Below, in pieces: positions 18,644 to 28,002 of a stretch of DNA of 64,000 nt. A model generated the notes under the pieces. That model did not search any database. It was not told the origin of the DNA and saw nothing but the letters and a program-made list of their open reading frames with translations. The DNA comes from an uncultured Bacilli bacterium. Its GTDB lineage: Bacteria; Bacillota_I; Bacilli_A; RF39; UBA660. A program made the translations under genes and the position numbers. The stretch covers positions 8,330 to 72,329 of the forward strand of contig CAKOIQ010000001.1 in assembly GCA_934086935.1 (NCBI GenBank), in the 5' to 3' direction. Numbering within the stretch: the first letter of the stretch is position 1; every line of letters begins with the position of its first letter.

Positions 18644-20251
18644 TTATATTATATTTGTGTCTTCCTTAAAATGTTTTGGTTTCTTTAATGGATCTATTTG
18701 ATATTTATGAGATAAAGCAATTAACATTTCATTGTAGGTATCTAAAGACATTTCTAAGTTATAGATAACGGGACTGGTTATTTCTTTTGATGACCATTTT
18801 TTCTTGCTTTTTGAATACCTTGGGATATTTAGGTCTTTAGCTTTATCATATAAATGAATTTGATCTTGATGACATTTTAAATAGCCATGCGCTAACATAT
18901 TACGTAATTGAATATGTAGTGAAGGAAGAATGCCATGAGACATTTGGATTAATCTTTTGTTATATCTATTTAATAAATATTTAGCTGAATCAATAGCACT
19001 TGACATATCTTGTTCTGAGGGATAAGTTTTAACATCTTCTAGAAAAGATGTTAATTGTTTAATTACTTCTTTATAAAAGTTTTTAGCATGACCAAAATCT
19101 ATTTTTAAATCTTTGCCAAATTCTCTTGTTATTAGATAACTATTTTCTTGATAATCATTCATTCGGCAAATATTATTTACAACTAAATTACCATATGCTT
19201 TAGCAATAAATCCTTTAGCTTCTTGGAGGTATAAATAATCACTTGTATCTAGAGGTTCGTCATTATATATTTTAAATAATACATGTTTTAAACAACAATA
19301 AGATAAAGTGTTTTTAATATCTTCACTTCGTGATGTAATAAAATGATTATACATATGAGTAACTTGTTCTTGATATGTACTTAATTTAGTAAATAAACGG
19401 TTATTTAAGAGGTCTTCTATATCATGATAGTCTAGTTGTCTATAAGTTAAAGTAATAGCCCCTTCTAAGTCTTTATTTAGTTCTTTAAGATATTGTTTAA
19501 TTTTAATTACATGCTCATTAGGACTATCATTTTTATTAATACGATCTTTTAAACCATGTAAAATGATATGTTTCATTAACTGGTAAACATCATTAAATTC
19601 TTCTAAAGGAGCATCTTCTTTAAGACCTAAAACTCTTTTAACTTTATCTTTACTGTTGGTATCCAAAGTAATATCAATTAAACAAATATATCCTTGAGCT
19701 AAATAATTTTTAAATTCATCAGGATTTAGAGGCTTATCAGATTTAAAGTTAAAAGTAATACTTTCACTCATACCTTTTTTAAAATCACTTCTAGTATCAG
19801 ATAAAACACAAAAAAGTAATGCTTCTAACCATTTAGGATCAATATATGCTTCATAATTAGATGTCTTGATATGAAAGTTACCATCTTCATTAATAGTAAA
19901 ACTGTGATGTGCTAAAGCATTACGAATAAATCTAACTTGAGTTTCATAAGGAATGTCATTATTTTTAGTAATGATACCAATACCATATTCCATATAAGGA
20001 CTATCTTCATAACTATAACCACTATTTACTCTTGCAAAGTTTTGCATGGTAAAGACATCTTCTAAAGTTTTTTTATTTTTAATATCAACTATTTCGATGT
20101 TGCTTTGATAGTAACATAAAAGCATAAAATCTACGATTTGTTCATAATTTTCTTTAATAAATTGAAGATGACGAGGATTACGATCTTTAGTGAATTCTAA
20201 TAAATGATTGTAGCCGATTGTGGCTTTTTCATATAATTCATTATTTGGCAT
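18644..20251 (-). CDS. Hypothetical protein with two HEPN-type R-N-x-L-A-H motifs (putative tandem-HEPN RNase), 535 aa
   Basis: VRFIRNALAHHSF at aa 107-119 (Abi_2/AbiD-F-like RN-x-x-AHH) and IQLRNMLAHGYL at aa 448-459. The protein is helical with no TM helix. A GGAGGA SD lies inside the rmuC 3' end, and the gene overlaps rmuC by 11 nt. Confidence 0.55.
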   Translation of the reverse strand: MPNNELYEKATIGYNHLLEFTKDRNPRHLQFIKENYEQIVDFMLLCYYQSNIEIVDIKNKKTLEDVFTMQNFARVNSGYSYEDSPYMEYGIGIITKNNDIPYETQVRFIRNALAHHSFTINEDGNFHIKTSNYEAYIDPKWLEALLFCVLSDTRSDFKKGMSESITFNFKSDKPLNPDEFKNYLAQGYICLIDITLDTNSKDKVKRVLGLKEDAPLEEFNDVYQLMKHIILHGLKDRINKNDSPNEHVIKIKQYLKELNKDLEGAITLTYRQLDYHDIEDLLNNRLFTKLSTYQEQVTHMYNHFITSRSEDIKNTLSYCCLKHVLFKIYNDEPLDTSDYLYLQEAKGFIAKAYGNLVVNNICRMNDYQENSYLITREFGKDLKIDFGHAKNFYKEVIKQLTSFLEDVKTYPSEQDMSSAIDSAKYLLNRYNKRLIQMSHGILPSLHIQLRNMLAHGYLKCHQDQIHLYDKAKDLNIPRYSKSKKKWSSKEITSPVIYNLEMSLDTYNEMLIALSHKYQIDPLKKPKHFKEDTNII

Positions 20252-21317
20252 TAGTATCCTCCGGAATTAAATTTACATTACTGATGGAAACAAATCTTTT
20301 AGTAATTTTTTCGGTTGTAGTATGAATATCTTCAACATCTTTAGAAACTGTATTAATACTACGGGATAATTTATCCCAACGTTCACGATAACGAGAGAAC
20401 TCTATTCCTAATTTAGTTAATTCTTCATGAATTACTTTAGCATATTTATCTCTTTCAATATTTTTTAAAATCATACTAATAATGGTTAGGGTACTCATTA
20501 AAGTTGTAGGACTACAAATCCAGACTTTTGATTTATATGAATATTCTATTAAATCAGGATGATAAGCATTTATTTCGGCAAAGATGGCTTCAGCTGGTAA
20601 GAACATAATGGCTTCACTAGCCGTTTCACCGGGAATAATATATTTATTTTTAATGGCATCAATATGTTTTTTAACGTCTTGTTTGAAGGCTTTAGTAGCA
20701 AGTTCTCTTTCAAGTTTATCTTTCTTTTGATCCGTCATAATTTGATAATGTTCTAATGGGAATTTTGAATCGATAGCAATAGTTCCAAGGGGTTCGGGAG
20801 CATAAAGAATAGCATCAGCTATATAGCCGTTTGACATGGTTACTTGAGTTTTATAAATTTTATTATTTACGCCAAAAACACTATTGAATATATAATTTAA
20901 ATTAGTTTCACCAAAAATACCTCTTGTTTTTTTATCAGTTAATACTGATTGAAGACCGATAATATCGTTAGATAAACCATCAATCTTCTTTTGTGCTTCA
21001 TCAATCTTACTAATACGTTCTAAAATAGATGAAAAAGTTTTATTGGTTTTTTCAAAGTTTGAATCTAATCTTTCATTTACTTTATCATTAATATAATTTA
21101 ATCTTTTTTCGATTACTTCATTAGTTTCTTTAAAATCTTTTTCAATATTTTTACTAAACTCATATTTAAAATCACCTAGTGATCTTACTAAATCAGTTTC
21201 AAATTTACCTAATTTTTCAGTAATATCTTCGTTATTATTTTTTTTAGATAATAAGATAATTAAAAGTATAATTACTACTACTAAAAGGCCTAAAATTATA
21301 TATTCTAATATTTCCAT
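20241..21317 (-). CDS. rmuC: DNA recombination protein RmuC
   Basis: N-terminal TM helix, a coiled coil, and the RmuC core blocks LTDKKTRGIFGE and IMFLPAEAIFAE. Confidence 0.8.
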   Translation of the reverse strand: MEILEYIILGLLVVVIILLIILLSKKNNNEDITEKLGKFETDLVRSLGDFKYEFSKNIEKDFKETNEVIEKRLNYINDKVNERLDSNFEKTNKTFSSILERISKIDEAQKKIDGLSNDIIGLQSVLTDKKTRGIFGETNLNYIFNSVFGVNNKIYKTQVTMSNGYIADAILYAPEPLGTIAIDSKFPLEHYQIMTDQKKDKLERELATKAFKQDVKKHIDAIKNKYIIPGETASEAIMFLPAEAIFAEINAYHPDLIEYSYKSKVWICSPTTLMSTLTIISMILKNIERDKYAKVIHEELTKLGIEFSRYRERWDKLSRSINTVSKDVEDIHTTTEKITKRFVSISNVNLIPEDTNAK

Positions 21318-21324
21318 ACAACAC

Positions 21325-21930
21325 CTACTCTATTCTATATTTTTTATTTACTATTTTACTTAAAATGAACGCTACAACTAACATAACTGCAATTTGGATT
21401 AAAATTTTGGGATTAGAAATACTTTCAATTAAACTGGTTCCAATGAATCCCCAAAAATATACTAAAAATATTTTACCGATGATAATTGAGATAAGATACT
21501 TTTTGGTATCCATATTTGATAATCCAGCGGCTATATTTACCATAAAAGCTGGAGTAAAAGGAATTGCTATAAGTATTGTTAATTCTTCTAACGATAATTT
21601 ATCAATTTTTCTCATTAATTTATGTAGTCTTTTATGTTCTTTTTTATCTAACATATTATCGAAATGGGTTTTTAATTTATTACGACATAAACGATAAGAG
21701 ATATAACAACCAACACATGTTAAGGACCAACTTACTAAAAATCCGATTAGTGAGCCCATATAATAGAAATTAATGGTAATAAATAAGGCTAATGGTAAAA
21801 TTGGTAACATTGATTCAACTATAATTAAAAGGCACGCTAAAATTGGAGCAAAAACCCCAATATCGTTTAATAAATTAGTTACAATTGTATCTATAAATTC
21901 TAAAATATCCATGATTTTATTATAAAACAA
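21325..21930 (-). CDS. TVP38/TMEM64 (DedA-related) family membrane protein
   Basis: Polytopic 201-aa protein with a layout typical of the SNARE-associated/TVP38 family (ESMLPILPL...; G-x-x-x-G...Y-x-x-x-R). Confidence 0.6.
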   Translation of the reverse strand: MFYNKIMDILEFIDTIVTNLLNDIGVFAPILACLLIIVESMLPILPLALFITINFYYMGSLIGFLVSWSLTCVGCYISYRLCRNKLKTHFDNMLDKKEHKRLHKLMRKIDKLSLEELTILIAIPFTPAFMVNIAAGLSNMDTKKYLISIIIGKIFLVYFWGFIGTSLIESISNPKILIQIAVMLVVAFILSKIVNKKYRIE

Positions 21931-21954
21931 AAAGGACTTAATTAAAAGTCCCCT

Positions 21955-22167
21955 TTACAGTACTAGTGTAGTATTGTAACCGTAAGCCTCTAGAATGGAT
22001 GCTACTTTTTTAGCTTTCTTACCTGTTTTACAATAAAAATAATATTTATTATTTTTATTTAAATACTTATTATGATTATTTAAGAGATTATCATAAGGAA
22101 CGAATTGGGTTTCTAAATTAATTAGAATACCATCGTTGTGATAATCCTTTCTATAAATTGTTTTCAT
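21955..22167 (-). CDS. Short rhodanese-like domain protein (70 aa, possibly N-terminally truncated)
   Basis: YFYCKTGKKAKKVASILEAYGYN matches the rhodanese active-site loop (C-x-x-G-x-(R/K)) and the following helix. There is no SD before the ATG, and 70 aa is shorter than a normal single-domain rhodanese. Confidence 0.45.
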   Translation of the reverse strand: MKTIYRKDYHNDGILINLETQFVPYDNLLNNHNKYLNKNNKYYFYCKTGKKAKKVASILEAYGYNTTLVL

Positions 22168-22305
22168 ATTATAGTATATTCATAATAAGAAAAGATAAGT
22201 AGATGTAATACCTATCTAAAAAAGTAGGCTACAATATTTAATGGCATAAACACAATACTGTTTTGATATTGTCGCAACAACTAAATTATCTTAGTTGTCA
22301 ATTAG

Positions 22306-22334
22306 ATTATATCAGATAATTTTTTCTAGTGCAA
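22306..22334 (-). promoter_or_regulatory. Promoter downstream of the T4SS cluster, upstream of the rhodanese-like gene
   Basis: The minus strand reads TTGCAC, a 17-nt spacer and TATAAT. An 8-6-8 inverted repeat (ACAACTAA/TTAGTTGT, 22277-22298) lies at the predicted transcription start. Confidence 0.4.
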
Positions 22335-22346
22335 TATTTTATAAAT

Positions 22347-22373
22347 AAAAAAAGTGAATTTTTTCACACTTTT
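22347..22373 (-). terminator. Weak A/T-rich hairpin after the coupling-protein gene
   Basis: AAAAAGTG / CACTTTTT stem with a 10-nt loop directly after the TAA stop. Confidence 0.35.
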
Positions 22374-24800
22374 TTATTCATTACCATCATTAAAGAAATC
22401 ATCATAGAATTCATCATCAGTAACATCGCCTACTACTAGACTATCATTATCAACGTTAATTACTGGTTCTGTTGGATTATTTTCCTTCTTTTCATCAGGT
22501 GTTTTCATGAAATCATCAAATCTTTCAACAACAGTTGCATCTAATTTGTCATAATCAGTTTGAGGTTTTGTTGGTTTTTCTTCCTCTAATTTAGGTTCTA
22601 CTTCTTTGGCAGGTTCTTTAATAATTGGATTAGATTCAATTGTTGGAATATTAATTGTTTTGCCTTCTTTTTGCATTGCGGATTCTTTTTCAGCAATTTT
22701 AGCATCAATTCTTTTGATTAAACTATCAATGTCAAATTCTGAATTAAGATTAGTATTTGAACTTGGTTTAATAACATTAACTTGAGTATTAGTGTTATTG
22801 TCATTATATTTTTCATTTAGATTTTGTTTAAATAGTTTATCTAAATTATCAGTTTGAGGTTTTTCTTCTTTTTCTGGTTCTTCTTTATTAGGCTCTGACA
22901 TATTAAATGGATTTAAAGCATTAAAATCATATGTTGTTGGAGCTGTAAATGAAGATGGTGATGGTTTCTCTTCCTCTTTTTTAGGTATTTCTCCAAATAA
23001 TGAAGTTGTACCACCATCTGGAGCTGATGCTTCTGGTTTAGAAGTGCTTCCGTTTGGATTATTATCTAAAGCCTCAAATAATTTATTTCTTTTTTTTACT
23101 TTAACAAATTCTTTGATATCAAATTGTTCGATTTCTCTTTTTTCACGAGTTACTAATTGTCCTTCACCATAACCTTGAGTTCCCCAATTAATTTCGAAAC
23201 TTGGAGTTAATTTAGTTCTAAATGGATTTTCTCTACTCCTTAAGATAACTACTTCAAATAGTTTAAGTTTTTGTAAATCGGAAACAGTAATTAATGGTGT
23301 GGAAGCAGTTTTTTCTTTTTCTTTTGATTTAACTTCTCCACATAATTTACTGATTTCTTCTAAGGCTGACAATTCGGTTGTCATTAAGTAAATAAGGTTA
23401 CCACAGTTACTTCTGATTGTTTCTGCAGTTTCTTTACCGTAAACATCATTTAACTGAGCAAAGTTTTGAATAATAAAGGTAAATCTTATGGCTCTTGAAC
23501 GAGCAGCGGTTACCATTGTAGTTACATCTTTTAATGGTGGCATATTAGCAAACTCATCTAAGATAAAATTAGTTCTAAATGGTAATTTACCTTTAGGACA
23601 ATGCTGAGCAACATCAATTAAGGTTTCATATGCTTGTTTTAAGAAGATTGTTGCTAAAGCATGATAAGTTGTTTTTTCATCATGAATAATCATGAAAATT
23701 GCAGTTTTTTGAGTACCTATTTCTCTCATGTTGAAGTCACTATAAGAAAGCATTTCTGATAGTTCTCCACCACGGGCAAATAGTCTGATTTTTTGTCTAA
23801 ACACTGAAAGAATTGATCCTTTAGTATCAGTTGGAGCATTAATTGTGTTAGATGCAAAGATGTAAGCAGGATGTTTTTCACCTTTTAAAGTAAAATATTC
23901 TTTAGTATAGTTTGATGTGGCAAAGCTATCTTCACCAACACTAGACATATAGTTAATTGAATTTAAATTAATTTGTTCTTCTTTAGCATCTTCAAATAGA
24001 CCTAGTGCTAAAGCACAGAAAAAGTCTGATGCTGATTTTTCCCAGAATGGATCATTTTTATTTTCTGGGTCATATATAATATTTAAAGCAACATCTTCTA
24101 AAAGTTCAGTAGCTTTATCAGTATTTCCAGCTTTATATAATTGATATGGTAATGTTAAAGGATTCCATGCATTTCCCATTTGAGGATCACGGAAATTTAA
24201 TACTACTATTTTATAACCTTTTGCACGTAACATTTCTGAATGATCACGATATAACTCACCTTTGGGGTCAGTTAAAATCATACTTTCACCTTTACGAGCT
24301 AAAGTTTGAACTTGAGGGTCAACTAAACATTTAGTTTTACCGGAACCAGTAGCACCAATAACTAAAGTATGATAGTCTCCATTATCAACCCATATTTCTT
24401 TACCATTATTAATTAAAGGGATTCCAGCTGCTTTCATTTCTTGATCTTTAATTAATACTTTTTCAACACCATCAGATTTTTTTATTTCTTCTGGTTTAGC
24501 CCATCTACTATATCCCTTTTCATCTTTTTCACCAAATTTTAAGCCAAATCCAAAGCCTTTTTCATGTTCAAAAATTGAAGATGAAATACTCATAAATATA
24601 GCTATTAAAACGGAGAAAAATAATACTAATGTAGGTACTATGTTTTTAGGACTAAATCCAGCAAAGAAATTTAATCCATAAAATCTACCATCAGATAAAA
24701 GTGATGTAAGATTTACTATTGCTAATGAGGAAAATATCAATAAAACAATGCAAAAGATTACAAAGATTGTAAAGTCTTTAGCAGTTACTTTAAATTTCAT
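22374..24800 (-). CDS. Type IV coupling protein (VirD4/TraG family), 808 aa
   Basis: Two N-terminal TM helices, Walker A HTLVIGATGSGKTK, ILTDPKGELY and Walker B FILDEFANMPPL. The C-terminal ~250 aa form an E/K/P/N-rich low-complexity tail. Confidence 0.85.
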   Translation of the reverse strand: MKFKVTAKDFTIFVIFCIVLLIFSSLAIVNLTSLLSDGRFYGLNFFAGFSPKNIVPTLVLFFSVLIAIFMSISSSIFEHEKGFGFGLKFGEKDEKGYSRWAKPEEIKKSDGVEKVLIKDQEMKAAGIPLINNGKEIWVDNGDYHTLVIGATGSGKTKCLVDPQVQTLARKGESMILTDPKGELYRDHSEMLRAKGYKIVVLNFRDPQMGNAWNPLTLPYQLYKAGNTDKATELLEDVALNIIYDPENKNDPFWEKSASDFFCALALGLFEDAKEEQINLNSINYMSSVGEDSFATSNYTKEYFTLKGEKHPAYIFASNTINAPTDTKGSILSVFRQKIRLFARGGELSEMLSYSDFNMREIGTQKTAIFMIIHDEKTTYHALATIFLKQAYETLIDVAQHCPKGKLPFRTNFILDEFANMPPLKDVTTMVTAARSRAIRFTFIIQNFAQLNDVYGKETAETIRSNCGNLIYLMTTELSALEEISKLCGEVKSKEKEKTASTPLITVSDLQKLKLFEVVILRSRENPFRTKLTPSFEINWGTQGYGEGQLVTREKREIEQFDIKEFVKVKKRNKLFEALDNNPNGSTSKPEASAPDGGTTSLFGEIPKKEEEKPSPSSFTAPTTYDFNALNPFNMSEPNKEEPEKEEKPQTDNLDKLFKQNLNEKYNDNNTNTQVNVIKPSSNTNLNSEFDIDSLIKRIDAKIAEKESAMQKEGKTINIPTIESNPIIKEPAKEVEPKLEEEKPTKPQTDYDKLDATVVERFDDFMKTPDEKKENNPTEPVINVDNDSLVVGDVTDDEFYDDFFNDGNE

Positions 24801-24887
24801 AAAATCACTCCTCTGTTTATTGATTATATACTATAATAAACAATTTTTCTATAACTATTTATTATATTTTTAATACTTTAATTATTT

Positions 24888-26939
24888 TTATGCTCCACAG
24901 TGAGCATCTAAATAAGGTTGAATATTTCTTATTTGATAGCGTTCACCATTAACTCCAGCATTAATACTGCTTTGAGTTTTTGTAGAAAATATTAAACCGT
25001 TATCTCCACCCGCTGATTCTAGTGTTACTAAATAACTTCCTTTATTTTCAATGACCATGATTATGTGGGTTGTATTTACTAAAATATCACCTGTACCCGC
25101 TTCACTAAAGGGTATTTCATAACCCAAATTCATAAAATTGTTAGTTATTCCTGTATAATTATTTTTCATTGCCAAACTGTATGCCCAAGATGTAAAACCT
25201 GAACAGTCAAAACCATATGGAAGATTTTTTCCTGCTTCACTTAAGTATCTTGATGTCCCCCAGCTTCTATTTACGGGATTATGTTCCTCAATATGCTCTC
25301 CACCCCAGAAATATGGAAGACGATATCCAATTTGGTATAGATTATAAGCAAGAGTTACTCCAGCAGCAGCTGCTGCTTGTTTAGTACAAACACCGGTATC
25401 TTCTACGGCTGCTAATATAGATTCTTCTAATTCCTTAACTCCACTTTCACCTAAAAGAGTTGTAATTGGAACATCCACTTTTTTAGTATTACCAATGCCA
25501 TGTGGATATGAATCTAACAATGCATAATTATTTAATTTTTTAATATTATTTTGAATATATTTTATAACAATTTCATGTACTTTTTTATTAGTTGAATCTT
25601 CATAATGAACACCATCAGTAGAATTTATCAAGCCTTTTATTTTAGAATATGAATCAATATATTGATCACCAACAGCTGTAGATAAGATATCATTAAACTT
25701 TTTAATATCTTCGTTAGTAACCGTGTATCCATTTGCTTTTGCTTTGGTGTTATTTACTGGATTTACTGATAAAAACAAATAATTTACTTTACTTTTTTCA
25801 TCAGCTAAATATGAATTATAAAAATTAATATATGAATCAATATTATTTAAATCATTAATACCTGAAGCAAAAACAACAAATTTGATTTTATTATCAGTTA
25901 TAGTACTTGCTATTTCACTTTGTTTTTCTACTAAATAATTATACCCAGATGATTCTGCAGCAATAAATTTAATATTTGAATTATTAAGAGTTGTTTGCAT
26001 GCCAACCATTCTTGAATCACCAATATATAATAATGACTTTTCAATATCTTCTTGAGTGTATTGGGAACTTGCAGCAACATATTTATTATTGTTATCGTTA
26101 CTACTAGTTAAACCAAATAATCCTTCATATAATGAAGCTAGAAAAAGGACTGGGCCAAGCACTGCTAGTATTCCTAAAATAACTGAAAGTATAATGCCAA
26201 GAACTTTAGCATAAAGTTTTATTTTTTTTAGTTTCTTAGCAAAATTAGCTTTCATATTTTTAACTCTTTTTGCTATTTCATCGAGTTTTTTATTTTTTTC
26301 TTCTTCGGCTCTTTTTTTAATATTTTGGGGAATATTTTTTATTCCCTTTTTAATATTTCCTGGAGCGTTTTTAATGTTATTTTTAAGATTTTGAGGTGCG
26401 TTTTTAATTTTATTTTTTACTTCATTAGCTTTATCTTTGGCTTCTCCAACTTTATTTTTGATGTTTTCTGGTGCATTTTTTATATTTTCGGCTGTTTGAC
26501 GAGCTTTTTCTTTTGTGTCTTCAAACTTTTGCTTAGCGTTATCATATTTATTTTTTATTTCGTCGATTGGATTTTTAAAGCCAAAATCATCTTGAGAATC
26601 TTCATCACCTAATTCTTCATCGGATTCTTCATTATTTTCTCCATCTTGATCTTTCTTGTTTTTCTTTTGTGCTTCGTCTTTATTATTTTTACCAGAAGAA
26701 TTAGCTTCTGAATCAGATTCATCTTCATAGTTTTCGTTATCGTCGTCATATTCTTCATCATCATAATCATAGTCTAAATCAGAATATTCATTTTCATCGT
26801 CGTCATCATAAAATTCATCATCGTCATCGATTAAGGGCTTATAGTCATAATAATTATCATCATATGGATTATTATATCCATTCATTTTATTGTGATTATT
26901 ACTTTCATTAAATAATTTATAACTATTTTTATTTGCCAT
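24888..26939 (-). CDS. Membrane-anchored bifunctional cell-wall hydrolase: SGNH/GDSL-type esterase plus NlpC/P60 endopeptidase
   Basis: The ~240-aa cytoplasmic N-terminal region is acidic (D/E/Y-rich) and then basic, with four IKNAP-x-NIK-like repeats. A TM helix follows. SGNH blocks are present (YIGDSRMVG, ASGINDL, DGVHY). The C-terminal NlpC/P60 domain has GFDCSGFTSWAY and a downstream His (TTHIIMV). Confidence 0.75.
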   Translation of the reverse strand: MANKNSYKLFNESNNHNKMNGYNNPYDDNYYDYKPLIDDDDEFYDDDDENEYSDLDYDYDDEEYDDDNENYEDESDSEANSSGKNNKDEAQKKNKKDQDGENNEESDEELGDEDSQDDFGFKNPIDEIKNKYDNAKQKFEDTKEKARQTAENIKNAPENIKNKVGEAKDKANEVKNKIKNAPQNLKNNIKNAPGNIKKGIKNIPQNIKKRAEEEKNKKLDEIAKRVKNMKANFAKKLKKIKLYAKVLGIILSVILGILAVLGPVLFLASLYEGLFGLTSSNDNNNKYVAASSQYTQEDIEKSLLYIGDSRMVGMQTTLNNSNIKFIAAESSGYNYLVEKQSEIASTITDNKIKFVVFASGINDLNNIDSYINFYNSYLADEKSKVNYLFLSVNPVNNTKAKANGYTVTNEDIKKFNDILSTAVGDQYIDSYSKIKGLINSTDGVHYEDSTNKKVHEIVIKYIQNNIKKLNNYALLDSYPHGIGNTKKVDVPITTLLGESGVKELEESILAAVEDTGVCTKQAAAAAGVTLAYNLYQIGYRLPYFWGGEHIEEHNPVNRSWGTSRYLSEAGKNLPYGFDCSGFTSWAYSLAMKNNYTGITNNFMNLGYEIPFSEAGTGDILVNTTHIIMVIENKGSYLVTLESAGGDNGLIFSTKTQSSINAGVNGERYQIRNIQPYLDAHCGA

Positions 26940-26951
26940 TTAAGATCACCT

Positions 26952-27434
26952 CTAATCTATTTCTACTGTATAGTTTCTAATACTCGATTCTTTAAATATA
27001 AATTCATTCTTATCTTCATCTTTTATATAATAATATTTTTGACCATTTACATTTCTTGTGTCATAACCAGTTACTTTTGCTTGAATAAATTTTTTAGTTT
27101 TTATTGATTTTATAAATCTGGAAAACGCATTAAAATCTCCACTAAATTGTTTTTGTTTAAAATTTTCATCTAATAGTTCAAATGCCTGTTGTTCGTCAAA
27201 TATCAATAAATTTACATATTCAGCTAAATATTTTTTAGCCATTTGTTCCTGATCAGTATAGATGGGAACAACTTCGTTAATTTCATATTTTTGTTTTGGT
27301 TCTTCATATTGACGATTATTATTATTAGGATTATTGTCATCGCCTGTAAAAATAATTATTCCAAGTGTTATTAGTAATACAACTATAATAGCAATTACAA
27401 TAATTTGTTTTTTATGTTCTTTAATATATTCCAT
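26952..27434 (-). CDS. N-terminally anchored T4SS-cluster protein (160 aa), VirB8-like candidate
   Basis: A single N-terminal TM helix and a ~110-aa alpha+beta ectodomain. The VirB8/NTF2-like role is inferred from size, topology and position only. Confidence 0.3.
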   Translation of the reverse strand: MEYIKEHKKQIIVIAIIVVLLITLGIIIFTGDDNNPNNNNRQYEEPKQKYEINEVVPIYTDQEQMAKKYLAEYVNLLIFDEQQAFELLDENFKQKQFSGDFNAFSRFIKSIKTKKFIQAKVTGYDTRNVNGQKYYYIKDEDKNEFIFKESSIRNYTVEID

Positions 27435-27988
27435 TATTGCACTACCTTTCTATATTCTTCAATAGTATAAGGTCTTAATGTGAATGTATAAGAATCATTT
27501 TCAACTATTACTTGGTAGTACTGATCTTTTCCTTTATCATAACCACCAAGTACATCTTCTTTTAAAAGTCCATAAACATAATATTCTTTAATATTACTGC
27601 CTCTGACTTTAATAAATTCATTATATGCTTCAAAAACATAATTTCCATCTAAATGCTCTATCTTTTCTAAAACATTATCTTTATTAATACTATTTAAATT
27701 TTTATATTCAGTAGTTAATAAATTAAATAAATCTTCATTTTTAGAATTCGTTATTGCATTTATATATTTATTTATACAATTTTCTATTGTAAAAAAAGTT
27801 GAATAATCAGTTACTGTCTGTAATTTTGTTTTTGTTTCACTATTGTTATTACTGTTAGTGTTTGAATTAGTTTTAGAATTTGAAAAGATACTAACAATAA
27901 CTAAAATTATAATAATTACTGCTAAAATAATTAATAATTGTTTAAGACTAATTTCTTTAGTCTCATACTTATCTTTTTTTATAGCCAT
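27434..27988 (-). CDS. N-terminally anchored T4SS-cluster protein (184 aa), VirB8-like candidate
   Basis: A single N-terminal TM helix, an N/S/T-rich linker and an alpha+beta ectodomain. It overlaps the downstream ORF by 1 nt. The family is not recognised from sequence. Confidence 0.3.
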   Translation of the reverse strand: MAIKKDKYETKEISLKQLLIILAVIIIILVIVSIFSNSKTNSNTNSNNNSETKTKLQTVTDYSTFFTIENCINKYINAITNSKNEDLFNLLTTEYKNLNSINKDNVLEKIEHLDGNYVFEAYNEFIKVRGSNIKEYYVYGLLKEDVLGGYDKGKDQYYQVIVENDSYTFTLRPYTIEEYRKVVQ

Positions 27989-28002
27989 AAATTATTCCTT
28001 TC

